A stretch of DNA of 61,534 nt, filler included, from Squatina squatina (taxonomy: Eukaryota): the NCBI GenBank assembly GCA_031763465.1. It is 3 parts of 3 records of this genome, joined end to end, with 100 filler letters (N's around TTAATTAATTAA, not from the genome) between each part and the next. Parts side by side here need not be neighbours in the genome. Positions count along the whole stretch, not along the records: positions 1 to 31,853 come from JARFOE010000233.1; positions 31,954 to 48,350 come from JARFOE010442132.1; 1 more part is not named here. One strand, given 5' to 3'. The notes under the pieces were generated by a model that was not told the origin of the DNA, did not search any database, and worked only from the letters and a program-made list of their open reading frames with translations. The position numbers were made by a program, and so were the translations under genes. Below, piece after piece: positions 25,075-36,503 of this stretch. How positions within the stretch are numbered: the first letter of the stretch is position 1; every line of letters starts with the position of its first letter.

Positions 25075-25175
25075 GCAACAGAATCCCGGGATTTGAGTGC
25101 CATTTACAAGCAATCTATGGAAATGATCACAAATGCTTTCGCTATGCTGGACATTGAGTTTCAAAAACTGGATAA
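25075..25175 (+). CDS. Probable downstream helical/coiled-coil exon of the Kelch gene ATESRDLSAIYKQSMEMITNAFAMLDIEFQKLD
   Basis: TTTGTAG/GTATGT, 101 bp open frame, amphipathic pattern, same strand. Linkage to the Kelch exons is inferred. Confidence 0.65.
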
Positions 25176-25553
25176 GTATGTTATGTCAATGTTACTTTAA
25201 ATATCATTGGTGCTAATGGAAACATTGTAGTAATAGATTGAAATGAAATATAGTTTATCATTTTCTTTTCAATAACTAAAATATTCACTGTACTTTTGAA
25301 AATACATGCACAGAGATGTAAGGAGAAAATAAACACCAAGCGAAAGGAGCACATATTAGGATGGGTGACCAAAAGCTTGGTCGAAGTGATGGGTTTTAAG
25401 AAGGGTCTTAAAGGAGGAGAAAGAGGTGGAGAGTTTGAGGGGTTTACCATTTTNNNNNNNNNNNNNNNNNNNNNNNNNNNNNNNNNNNNNNNNNNNNNNN
25501 NNNNNNNNNNNNNNNNNNNNNNNNNNNNNNNNNNNNNNNNNNNNNNNNNNNNN

Positions 25554-26907
25554 AGGCATTCAGCCCCTCAAGCCTGCTCTGCCATTCAATAAGATTATGG
25601 CTGATCTTCTACCTCAACTCCACTTTCCTGCACTATTCCCAAATCCTATGATTCCCTTAATATCTACAAATCTATCGATCTCTGTCCTAAATATAGTCAA
25701 CGGCTGAGCATCTACAGACCTCTGGGATAGAGAATTCCAAAGATTCACCACCCTCTGAGTGAAAAAATTTCTCCTCAGTCCTAAATGGCCAACCCCTTAT
25801 TCTGAGACTGTGACTCCTGGTTCTAGACCCCAAGTGTGGTCTCACCAGGACCCTATATAATTGCAGTAAAACATCTTTACTCTCATACTCAAATCCTCTT
25901 GTAAAAAAGGCCAACATACCATTTGCTTTCTTAATTGCTTGCTGTACCTACAGGTTAACTTCTACGTGATTTGTGTACAAGGACATCCAGGTCCCTCTGA
26001 ACACCAACATTTCCCAATCTCTCGCCATTTAAAAAAGTACCCTGCTTTTCTATTTTTCCTACCAAAGTGGGTAACTTCACATTTCTCCACATTTGCCATG
26101 TTCTTGCCCACTCACTTAGTCTGTCTATAGTCCCTTGAAACCTCTTTTCATCCTCCTCACAACATACATCCCCNNNNNNNNNNNNNNNNNNNNNNNNNNN
26201 NNNNNNNNNNNNNNNNNNNNNNNNNNNNNNNNNNNNNNNNNNNNNNNNNNNNNNNNNNNNNNNNNNNNNNNNNATTTTTTTTCTATGTCCCGAATTGCAG
26301 GGCTTAAAGGGGCAGCGCCGAAACCGGAACTTTGCACGCAACAATTCGTCGATTAGCGCCAGTAACCCAGGGAGGTCGAATTGGTCATCCCTTTACTCTT
26401 ATAATCAAATCCTCTTGTAATAAAGGCCAACATACCATTTGCTTTCTTAATTGCTTGCTGTACCTACATGTTAACTTTTAGTGATTCGTGTACAAGGACA
26501 CCCAGGTCTCTCTGAACACTAACATTCTGTGTTCCAAAAAGAACAGTCCTAACTTTTCCAACCTCTCCTCATAACTCCCTCATCCCTGGTAACATCCTGG
26601 TAAACCTCCTCTGTACCCTTTTCTAAAACGTTTAGATCTTCCTGAATTGTGGTGTCCAAAATTGTCCACAATACTCCAGCTGAGGCCGAACCAGCGATTT
26701 ATAAAGTTCGAGTATGTTTACAAGTTTTGTGTCATCTGCAGACTTACAAATTATGACCTGTATATCCAAGTCCAAGTCATTCATATATATCAGTGGGGAA
26801 CACCACTGTGTACTTCCCTCCAATCTGATGAACAATCGTTCACCACTACTCTCTTCTTTCTGTCCCTTAGCCAATTTCAGTGCCACTGCCCCTCTAATTC
26901 TGTGGGC
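25554..26907 (-). mobile_element. CR1 LINE RT/3' fragments (several, with a gap and an intervening MITE piece)
   Basis: LQLYRVLVRPHL, YMNDLD..SADDTKL, LELYKSLVRPQLEYC motifs. Confidence 0.85.
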
Positions 26908-27084
26908 NNNNNNNNNNNNNNNNNNNNNNNNNNNNNNNNNNNNNNNNNNNNNNNNNNNNNNNNNNNNNNNNNNNNNNNNNNNNNNNNNNNNNNNNNNNNN
27001 NNNNNNNCTCGCACATTGAGAATCAAATCTAGGATCTTCTTCATCACAACATTGGATGGGACTTGTACCTACTAAAGAAAGAAT

Positions 27085-27492
27085 GTTCAATGTGTACATC
27101 ATCAGGATGTCTCAAAGTGCTTTACAACCAATGAAGTACTTTTTGAAATGTAGCCACTGTTGTAAAGTAGGGAAACGCGACAAGCAATTTGCAACAGCAG
27201 ATTCCACAGAAAACAATGTGATTAATGACCAGATAAACTGTTCAGTGATGTTGGTTGAGGGAGAAATGTTGTCCAGGACATCGGGAGAGCTAACCTGGTC
27301 TTCAAATAGTGCCATTGGGATCTTTTACATGCACCTGAGAGGGCTGACATGGCCTCAATTTAACGTCTCCTTCAAAAGTGTCACCTCTGACAATGTAGCA
27401 CTTCTCAAAAATGCACTGGTGAATCAGTCTAGATTATTTGCTTAAGTCTCAAGTGGAAGCGAAAGTGCTACCACTGAGCCAAGGCTGACACT
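27085..27492 (-). mobile_element. tRNA-headed SINE, Deu/SacSINE-like
   Basis: A-box TGGCTCAGTGG (27481-27471) and body TTACAACAGTGGCTACATTTCAAAAAGTACTTCATTGGTTGTAAAGCACTTTG. Related copies near 57700-57985 and 59848-60130. Confidence 0.7.
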
Positions 27493-29918
27493 AGGTTATC
27501 AGTGATGCACATTAAGAATTCTATTCTAACTCTAAGAACAGACTCCAATTTATTCAGAATTTGTTCTTGGACTGTATAAGTTACTTTCTTAAAAACTACT
27601 GATCCTAGTCTTAGCCAGCTGCTAGTATAGTCCGTTCATGTTTTCTTATATTTGTTTTCTGGCTTGGGTGGGTGAGGCTATTACTTTGTCTTGTAGCGTT
27701 ATATAATGTTGAATATAGTGTTATTCATGCCTGAAAGACAGTTGAGACAGATGTGGTGGGAACAAATGGATACTGAGGAGGAAGGAAGAACAAGTCAATG
27801 GAATTAGGGAAGGGGCTAAAATAACTGCTTTTGAAACCAGGAATGGAGGCGGTGAGGTGGAAAGATTTCAGGAGGGAGTCTGAGGGCAGGATTGTGGTGG
27901 ATGAATGAACAGCCACCAAAAATGGAATGTGGAGGATGGCAAACGAGGAGTTAGACCAGTGTCGGAGAAGGATGTGAGCAGGGGTATATCCTGAAAATGG
28001 AGTACGTTGGGGGTGAGAGGCAGTTGAAAGGAAGGGAAAGGATGTTGAAATTGACATGCAGGGTCACAGGGAGCAGTTGGGTTGGTGGAATTATGAAGCT
28101 ATGAAAGGATAAGGACATGATGAGCCGTACTTTTCTTGATTAGTTGCAATTTATGGAGGGTGGAAGTGGGGAGACCAGCTTGGGAAGCAGTAGAGAAATA
28201 GAGCATGAGGTGACAAAGACATTGAATAGAGTCTCAGCAGCAGTGATGAGTTGGCAATTGAGGCTAGTTCTAACGTTAATATTGACATGTGTAGTGCAAG
28301 ATGGACAAATGTGCTGTATGTACTTAGCTTGCTAAGGATGGCTGAGTTTATTACCCTTTTCTCATCCTTTTTATATCAAATATTCTGGAATTTGTAACTG
28401 TTATGTCTGACCAATGTGGATTTCAGTGCCATTCAGTTAACACCGGCAATGTAATCCTCTCTCTGATTTGAAAGCTGTTAAAGTCAGCTGCCTTCTACAG
28501 GCCTGCAGACTGTGCAGTGTTGCAAATATATTGGGGTGGGTTCTGCCCATTTTCTATATTAGCAGTGACAACTTTGGATAGATCTTGTCTTGCACAGATA
28601 CTACAATTAGAGTCTGTGATTTTTTTTTTTCCATTGGTGGAGTCCACAGATTATGTGTAAATAGTTTGAGCAGATAAAGCATGGTGGCGATATGTTGCCT
28701 TTATTTCCTGCTTCTGGATTGTTTGTCTGCAGCTTACTCTCTCTGCACTAGGCTGCATGGCCAAATTCCAGAGTTGGGTTGGTAGAGCTTTATACAAGCT
28801 GTGAAANNNNNNNNNNNNNNNNNNNNNNNNNNNNNNNNNNNNNNNNNNNNNNNNNNNNNNNNNNNNNNNNNNNNNNNNNNNNNNNNNNNNNNNNNNNNNN
28901 NNNNNNCTAAGTATGGGCCCATTAGCGCTGAAATTAGCATGTTTTTTTTTTAAGCTGTTTGAGAGATTTTTTCCAAAGTGTTGAAAAGCCAGACTTAGGC
29001 CTAAAATTCTAAGAGCTGAACTTTGCGCCCAACTATTCTTCTGTTAGCGCCAGAAACTTAGGGCAATCGAATTGGGCGCCCTTGATGTTTACACTAATCT
29101 TGGGTGAGCAAGAAGGAAAAATGCAGGCACAGTAAAAAATGCCTGTTCCCTGGGTGCAAAGGTTAGGGAAAAGGGGCCACACCCACTTTATGGTGTGCTG
29201 GGATTCCCGGGGCTTCTCCTGAGGGGTGGAGTAGGACATGCGCCTACAATTGGCACAGATCGAACATATTTGTGTAAGTAAAGCAGGCGGGGCTCTCCTG
29301 GCCTTCAGCCTCAATTTTCTGGAACTGTGGCTCGGGGACACCCCCAAGAAGGGTCTGAGGGCACCTGGTAGTAAACCAAAGAAGACCCTAGAGGTGGGTC
29401 AGTGTATATTTTTTCAGTTCCAACCAAATCTTCAGGCTGTGGGGCCTTCTGGCTTTAAGAATATTGGAAAAATAGTAATGAAAAATGTAATTATAAGAAA
29501 TATTAAGTTAGGCATAGTGGCTATCAATAGTGGTTAATACAGTTGTATTTCAGTAGTATTTCCTACCATTGAACCAAACTGGCACTTTAAGGCAAAATGA
29601 TTGATGAGGCTAATTGAATTTTGTATACAAAAGAAATAATACGGATAAGAGACTTGGGAAATATTTACTTACATGTAGAATTTGTTTAGTTAAGTTTTGT
29701 CAAGCAGATGTGATTTCCAAGGAATAGTTACATTTATGTATTTTTTTTTAAACAGGCCTATTGGATCTCTGTGCATTCAGCCTGGTTCCACGTAACTCTT
29801 AATGCTCGTGCTGGATGCTACCACAGCAGTTGTCTGCATTGCTTGGGGCTCCCTACATCACACTGTAGGCATCACTTTAGCTTTACCTTACCAAAAGCTG
29901 TGCAACCTATCCAGATGA

Positions 29919-29973
29919 ATGAAGACCCCATTTGGGAAACGATCCAGTCAGAGGTTGTCGATTGATGCAGCAG
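29919..29973 (+). CDS. SPIN1: Spindlin first coding exon MKTPFGKRSSQRLSIDAA(G); exon with 5'UTR probably starts at 29756
   Basis: MKTPFGK N-terminus of SPIN1; CAG/GTAAG donor; T-tract acceptor ending at 29755. Paralogue identity uncertain. Confidence 0.85.
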
Positions 29974-30814
29974 GTAAGGACTTTTAAAGCTGAAGAATGC
30001 ATTTGCTTGATTTGGTCTGCGCTCCCAACAGTTTCTGGAATTGCAATAAAAATATTTGGTGCTGTAGATGATAAACCTACACTGCTTCCTTTGTTCTGGA
30101 TTCCCCCTCAGAGGAACTAGTTTCTCTGTGTCTACCATATCGAATCCCTTGATAATTTTAAACACCTTGATTAGTGCTCCCCTCAACCTTCTAAACTCAA
30201 GGGAATCTACACNNNNNNNNNNNNNNNNNNNNNNNNNNNNNNNNNNNNNNNNNNNNNNNNNNNNNNNNNNNNNNNNNNNNNNNNNNNNNNNNNNNNNNNN
30301 NNNNNNNNNNNNCGGTCGCAGGCACAGGACAAGCATCTTTACCGGCCCCTGGCAACCACAGAGGAAACCTGTTGCCAATGTCAGTGGCGTCGCGGGGCAG
30401 GCTGCCTCCAACACTTGAGGCAGCGCCCTCGCAGCGTGCAGAGGAGTCGGCGTGCGATGTTATGACATTGCGCGTCCGACACCAGCGCCAACTGCGTCTT
30501 GGCGGTGGGGCCTCTACACTGCCGGGGTGCCATGCCCAATAAACCATTTTTCAATTTTTTGCCGCAATGCTGATTTTATGCCCGGGTAGTGCCGCTAATC
30601 GGTGCTACCTGACGTGAAATCACACCAGTTGGGGCCCCCAGCTGTTTTGGAAGAAGTAGCTAAATTGCCTGCATAATGTTTTTATGCACTGTTGCACTTT
30701 TTACTTCTATTTGCACCACAAGTTAACCATCTATTCTGTGGCCATGTGTGAAAGACGTATTTTGATTTTCCACTCTTGCTTAACATTTCTAAGGTATATG
30801 TTCCTCTTGTACAG

Positions 30815-31065
30815 GAAACACCGTAGTAATGTGGGACCAAGCAAGACAGTATCTCATTCACGACGGAACATTGTGGGTTGCAGAATTGAGCATGGATGGA
30901 AAGAACAAGGTGGAATAACGCAGTGGAAAGGAACAGTTCTGGATCAAGTTCCAGTAAATCCTGCACTTTATCTTATCAAATATGATGGATTTGACTGCGT
31001 ATATGGACTTGAACTTCACAAAGACGAAAGGGTCTTAGGATTTCGGGTCCTTCCGGATCGAGTTT
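30815..31065 (+). CDS. SPIN1: Spindlin exon encoding Spin/Ssty (Tudor-like) domain 1
   Basis: ACAG/GTGAGT, 251 bp; [47 protein letters not shown]. Confidence 0.93.
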
Positions 31066-31199
31066 GTGAGTGAAAATATGGTTTTAAGATTACTAATGAC
31101 TCAAGTTTACATTATGCTAAAAAAGGATATTTTGTGTTGTATATTACTAATTACATAACAAAATTACTAAATATTGTATGCATTTTGCTTTGCTTTTAG

Positions 31200-31436
31200 C
31201 TGCCTGTCGAATCAGTGATGTGGATCTGGCAGAAATGATGATAGGCAAAGCAGTTGAGCACATGTTTGAAAAAGATGATGATGGGGCTAAAGATGAATGG
31301 CGGGGAATGGTGCTTGCACGTGCTCCAATCATGAATACGTGGTTTTATATCACCTATGAAAAGGATCCTGTCTTGTACATGTACCAGCTTCTTGAAGATT
31401 ACAAAGAAGGAGATTTACGTATTATGCCAGACTCGA
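31200..31436 (+). CDS. SPIN1: Spindlin exon encoding Tudor-like domain 2 (H3K4me3-reader cage)
   Basis: TTAG/GTAAGT, 237 bp; [43 protein letters not shown]. Confidence 0.93.
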
Positions 31437-31853
31437 GTAAGTACAAGGGGAGCTTTTATTATTTATAGAAAGAATTGCTTTTTCTGCCTGTGTGTATTTA
31501 TATTCAGCGACTATAAAAGTTACTTTAATTGGATGCTGGAGAAGGAATATTGCATTTGTACAGAGACTCTGGAATGTAATATGGGCTCTATTCAAATTTG
31601 AGTGTGTGAACTGGGGGTATTGCTCAAGTCTTACAGTCAGCTCTTAACAAGATGACTTTACAAGTACATATTCCAACAATTTTTTCTTGTTTAAATTTAA
31701 TGATGAAATGGTATGAAAATGCAGGACGGCAAGGATTTGAGAATACGTTTGTCTTCACTTTCTACCTGGGCTTGAAACTGATCTGAGATAGGTTTTTATT
31801 AAGTTTAACATTTATTTGGTATGCTTCATGTTAGAAACATAGAAACATAGAAA

Positions 31854-31953
31854 NNNNNNNNNNNNNNNNNNNNNNNNNNNNNNNNNNNNNNNNNNNNTTA
31901 ATTAATTAANNNNNNNNNNNNNNNNNNNNNNNNNNNNNNNNNNNNNNNNNNNN
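31854..31953. other. Artificial scaffold linker 44N-TTAATTAATTAA-44N
   Basis: Palindromic six-frame-stop 12-mer at 31898-31909 centred in Ns. Confidence 0.95.
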
Positions 31954-32440
31954 TAGGCACTTTACAGCCTTCTGGACTTAACATTGAGTTCAACAATTTC
32001 AGAGCATAACCTCTGCTCTATCATTTTTTTCATTCATTTTTTTTCTTTTCATCTTTTTAAATTAAATCTATTTTCTGTTTCCCTCATGGCTGCTTCTGTT
32101 GTTTCTCCCCTGTTTACACCCCATCTAGAAGTAATGTGCTTCGTTATGTTGCCATTACCACCTCTGATTGCCTTGCATCATCTCTCAATCTCTTCTGCCT
32201 TCCAGAAAATCACACTATTATGTTACCCTTTGTCCTTCCCTCTCCCCTCCCACCACCTCCCCACCTGCCCCACCCACCCCCACCTCTTTGCCTGTCAGTG
32301 CTTTAAAACTTGCTGTATTTCTGGCTTTTTTCAGTCCTGACGAAGGGTCATCGACCTGAAACGTTGACTCTGTTTTTCTCTCCCCAGATGCTGCGTGACC
32401 TGCTGAGTTATTCCAACATTTTTTGTTTCTATTCTTTGCT
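31954..32440 (+). mobile_element. Penelope-like element 3' end and terminal repeat
   Basis: ORF end GTLQPSGLNIEFNNFRA*, then a pyrimidine-rich UTR, a hammerhead motif and the ATGCTGC..GACCTGCTGAG..TTCCA tail. Confidence 0.8.
32333..32369 (+). ncRNA. Minimal type I hammerhead ribozyme motif
   Basis: AGTC-CTGACGA(A)-GGGTC ATC GACCT-GAAA-CGTT-GACT: stem I, conserved core, stem II and palindromic ACGT stem III. Confidence 0.65.
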
Positions 32441-32529
32441 GCAAAATATTTGTTTAACTCCTCTGCATTTCCTTGTTCTACATAACTATTTTCCCAGCCT
32501 TATTCGCCAAGGGGCTTATGTTCACTTTG

Positions 32530-34505
32530 ACTTCTCTCTTTGTTTTGATATACTTAAAGAAGTTCTTATTGTACAAGGCCAAAGACAGAGAGGTCAGAGT
32601 GGGAATGAAGTGGAGAATTAAAGTGACAGGCAACCGGAAGTTCGGGGTCACGCTTACGGTCTGAATGGAGGTGTTCTGCAAAGCGGTCAACCAATCTACA
32701 TTTGGTCTCCCCAGTGTAGAGGAGACCACATCGTGAGCAGCGAATACATTATACTAAATTGAAAGAAGTACAAATAAATCGCTGTCTCACCTGGAAGGAA
32801 TGTTTGAGGCCCTGGAGAGTGGGAAGGGAGGGTGTTGCATCTACTGCACTTGCACAGGAAGGTGCCGTGGGAAGGGGAGAGGGTGCTAGGGGTGATGGAC
32901 TAGGGTGTCACGGAGGGAGCGCTCCCTTCGGAATGCTGAAAGGGGAAACATAGAAACAGAAAATAGGAGCAGCAGTAGGTCATTTGGCCATTTGGGCCTG
33001 CTCCGCCGTTCAATACGATCATGGCTGATCCTCTAACTCAGTACCTTGTTCCCGCTTTCTCCCCATATCCCTTAATGCCTTTAGTATCAAGAAATATATC
33101 TATCTCTTTCTCAGATATATTTAGCGACTTGGTCTCCATGGCCTTTTGTGATAGAGAATTCCACAGGTTTACCACCCTCAGTGAAGAAATTAGCTTCTCA
33201 TCTCAGTCTTAAATGGCAAATCCCATATCCAGAGATTGTGACCCCTGGTTTTAGACTCCCCAGCCAGGGGAAATGTCCTCCCTGCACCTATTCTGTCTAG
33301 TCCTGTCAGAATTTTATAAGTATCAATGAGGTCCCCTCTCATTCTTCTAAACTCTAGTGAATAAAGGCCTAATCGCCCCAATCTCTCCTCATATGTCCTG
33401 CCATCCCAGTAATCAGTCTGGTGAACCTTCGCTGCACTCCATTTATGGCAAGAACATCCTTCCTCAGATAAGGAAATTAAAACTGCACACAATACTCCAG
33501 GTGTGGTCTCACTATATAATTGCAGTAAGATGTCCTTACTCCTGTACTCAAATCCTCTTGCAATGAAGGCCAAAATACCATTTGCCTTCCTAACCGCTTG
33601 CTGCACCTGCAAGTTTGCTTTCAGTGACTGCTGTACAAGGACACCCAGGTCTCGTTGCACCTCCCCATTTCCCAATCAATCACCATTCAGAGAATAATCT
33701 GCCTTTCTGTTTTTACCATCAAAGTGGATAACTTCGCATTTATCCACATTACACTGTATTTGCCCACTCACTCAACTTGTCTAGATCGCCTTGAAGCCTC
33801 TTTGCATCCTCCCTACAACTCATCTTCCTCCCCCCTAACTTTGTGTCATCTGCAAACTTGGAAATATTACATTTAGTACCCATATCCAAATCATTGATAT
33901 AAGAGGGAAAGATGTTTTTGGTGGTGGGATCAAGCTGGAGGTGGCAGGAATTGGCAGCGAATGAGAGGTTGAGCATGGAGGCTGGTGGGGTGAAAGGTGA
34001 GGCAAGGGGAACCCTATCGTGGTTCTGGGAGGGAGGAGAAGGGGTGAGAGCAGAGGTGCGGGAAATAGAGCAGACATGGTCGAGGGCCATGTCAACCATG
34101 GTGGGGGAATCCTTGGTTGAGGAAAAAGGAAGACATGTCGGAAGCATTGGTTTGGAAGGTGGTGTTGTCAGAATGGATGTGACGGAGATTGAGGTACTGG
34201 GAGAAAGAAATGGAGTCTTTACAGGAAGCGGGGTGGGAGGAAGTGTAGTCCAGGTAGCTGTGGGAGTCAGTGGGCTTATGGTAGATGTTTGTGAGGAGCC
34301 TATCCCCAGAAATGGAGACAGAGAAGTTGAGGAAGGGAAGGCAAGAGTCAGAGATGGATCATGTGAAGGCGAGGGAAGGGTGGAAATTGGAGGCAAAATG
34401 AAAGAAATTTTCAAGTTCAGGGCGAGAGCAGGAAATGGCACCGATACAGTCATCAATGTACCAGAAAAAGAGGTTAGGGAGGGGGCCTGAGTAGGACTGG
34501 AACAA
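32530..34505 (-). mobile_element. Penelope-like element (RT thumb + GIY-YIG endonuclease), degraded, split by a CR1 insertion
   Basis: Minus strand near 32670-32790 reads CIRCSRCGLLYTGETKCRLVDRFAEH (GIY-YIG). Region near 34180-34290 reads like KPTDSHSYLDYTSSHPASCKDSIPFSQ. Confidence 0.8.
32948..33902 (-). mobile_element. CR1 LINE 3' ~950 bp nested in the Penelope element
   Basis: YINDLD..ISKFADDTKLGG, RDLGVLV, RRMRGDLI, TRGHN motifs; CATAGAAA tail. Confidence 0.9.
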
Positions 34506-35320
34506 GGCTCACACTGCACATCCCTCATTGCCCAGGCTCACACTGCATACCCCTGACTGCCCAGGAACTGGGTTCACACTGCATATAGCTTGCTACCCAG
34601 GCTCCCACTGTATATCCCTCACTGCCTGCATATCTCTTACTGCCCAGGCTCACAATGCATTTCCCTCACTGTCCAGGCTCAACCTGCATGTGTAATGTGA
34701 CCATGAAACTACTGGATTGTAAAAACCCATCTGGTTCACTAATGTCCTTTTAGGGAAGGAAATCTGTCATCCTTACCTGGTCTGGCCTATATGTGACTCC
34801 AGACCCACAGCAATGTGGTTCACTCTTATCTACCCTCTGAAATTACCTAGCAAGCCACTCATTTGTAAACAACCGCTATGAAATGTCACCACAAAAACTG
34901 CAGCAGTTCAGGAAGGCGGTTCATCACCACCTTCTCAAGGGCAACTAGGGAAGAGCAATAAATGCTGGCCTTGCCAGCAACGCCCACATCCCAGGAATTA
35001 ATTAAAAACACTGCACTCAGGCTCACACTGCATATCCCTCACTGCCCAGGCTCATAATGCATATCTCTCCGTGCCTAGGTGCCAGGCTCACACTGCACAT
35101 CCGTCACTGTCAAGGTGCCACTCTGTATATCCCTCACTCACTCGGCTCCTGCTGCATATCCCTCTTAGCCCAGGAGTCAGGCTCTCCCTACCCAGGCTCA
35201 CACTGCACTACCCTCACTGCCCAGGTTCACACTGTAAATCCCTCACTACCAAGGAGCCAGGCTCTCCAGTGTATATCTCTCACTGCCCAGGCTCACACTG
35301 CATATCCCTCACTGACCATA
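34506..35320. repeat. ~29-bp tandem repeat (CCCAGGCTCACACTGCATATCCCTCACTG) interrupted by a SINE at ~34690-35008
   Basis: Many degenerate units; exact unit at 35286-35314. The insert ends in the CR1-type tail CACCACCTTCTCAAGGGCAA...GCCCACATCCC. Confidence 0.8.
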
Positions 35321-36460
35321 TGGGCCTGCTCTGTCATTCAATAAGATCATGGCTGATCTTCGAACTGAGCTCCACTATCCTGCCCAATCCCCATATCCCT
35401 TGATTCCCCTAGGGTCCGTATCTATCTCAGACTAGACACTCAACTGTCACAATCCCCCCATCCCTCCTCACAATACCCTTCCCCCTTCCTTATAATCCCC
35501 CCTCGCAGCTTAAACCCCCCCTTCCCCCCGCCCCTCACTAAACCCCCGTTTTCCCCCGCCTTCCACTACACATCCCTTATCTCTCAGCAGCCAGGATTCC
35601 ATTGCGTATTCTTCATTTTTCAGGAGCCAGGTTTCCTCCCCAGGTCATGTTTCAGCCAGCAGTGTTTCCACTGTTGCCTCTGCTAACTTGGTGAGAGGAG
35701 CGGGGCGGGGTTTCTTTGCCCTGCAGTAGACCTCGGAGTCATTATACAAAGATTCTCAATCCTCCTTTGCATTGAGAGTTGTCTATTTACATGTTTAAAG
35801 TTAAATAGTTTGTTGGTTTATAGCCTGAGCTTAAGTTTGATGAGCTTGTACATTCATCGACCGAAGATGAGACATATTTCAGGAAGCCTGAGCATTTGAG
35901 AATCATGGACTGCGAAGAGCAGGAGCAGAAAATCAACTCAAATCTTAATTCCTCTTTGTGCGGTTAATTTGTGACATTACAGTTGGCCCCAGGGCAGGTG
36001 GGAATATTGATCACACCACAGTATGAGGATAGGATTGGACTTGGCTGTAAGACAGCCTGCCAACCCTCATTGTCAATGATCATACATGAAGAATGGCCAT
36101 TTGGATCAGGTACCAGAGGGCCCTCTGTCCATGTAAATGTACTACAGTCAGAATCAACACACTCAGGAAGGGAAAGGGGAAAATGAGCAGAGAACATTTT
36201 GGTTGATGCGAGGAAGGGGCGGTGGCGAGACAGAGGAAAGGAAGAGAGAGAGAGAGAACATGATGGATACTTAGTTCACCGAACAACGTTAAATAATAAC
36301 ACTTCCGATTAAACGTCCAGTAATGCTCAGATTGTATTTATTTTTAGCGAAGTAATAAATCTGCTGCAAGGAATCGGTCATATTCCTGGCCCATCCAGTT
36401 GGTCTTGTAAATTTTAGCAGTTGCATCATTATTGAGAAACCCCGTCACATGCAGGTCTCA

Positions 36461-36503
36461 TTAATATTCATCATGGAATGGATAGTTGGGGTGGTCAGTA
36501 AAC
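36461..36503 (-). CDS. Candidate orphan terminal exon FTDHPNYPFHDEY*
   Basis: TTTCATTTCAG acceptor, short open frame, AATAAA about 120 nt downstream (36342-36337). Gene not identified. Confidence 0.4.

Noticed and set aside
31898-31909. TTAATTAATTAA palindrome as a biological site (e.g. piggyBac TTAA or homeobox site)
   Set aside because: Centred in Ns and repeated identically at 48395-48406, so it is an assembly spacer.
33749-34528. 259-aa Ser/Pro/Thr-rich and 192-aa Gly/Glu-rich ORFs
   Set aside because: Off-frame and antisense readings of the Penelope element fused to CR1 sequence.
34506-35320. CRISPR-like array
   Set aside because: Units are directly tandem and degenerate with no unique spacers, in a eukaryotic context.
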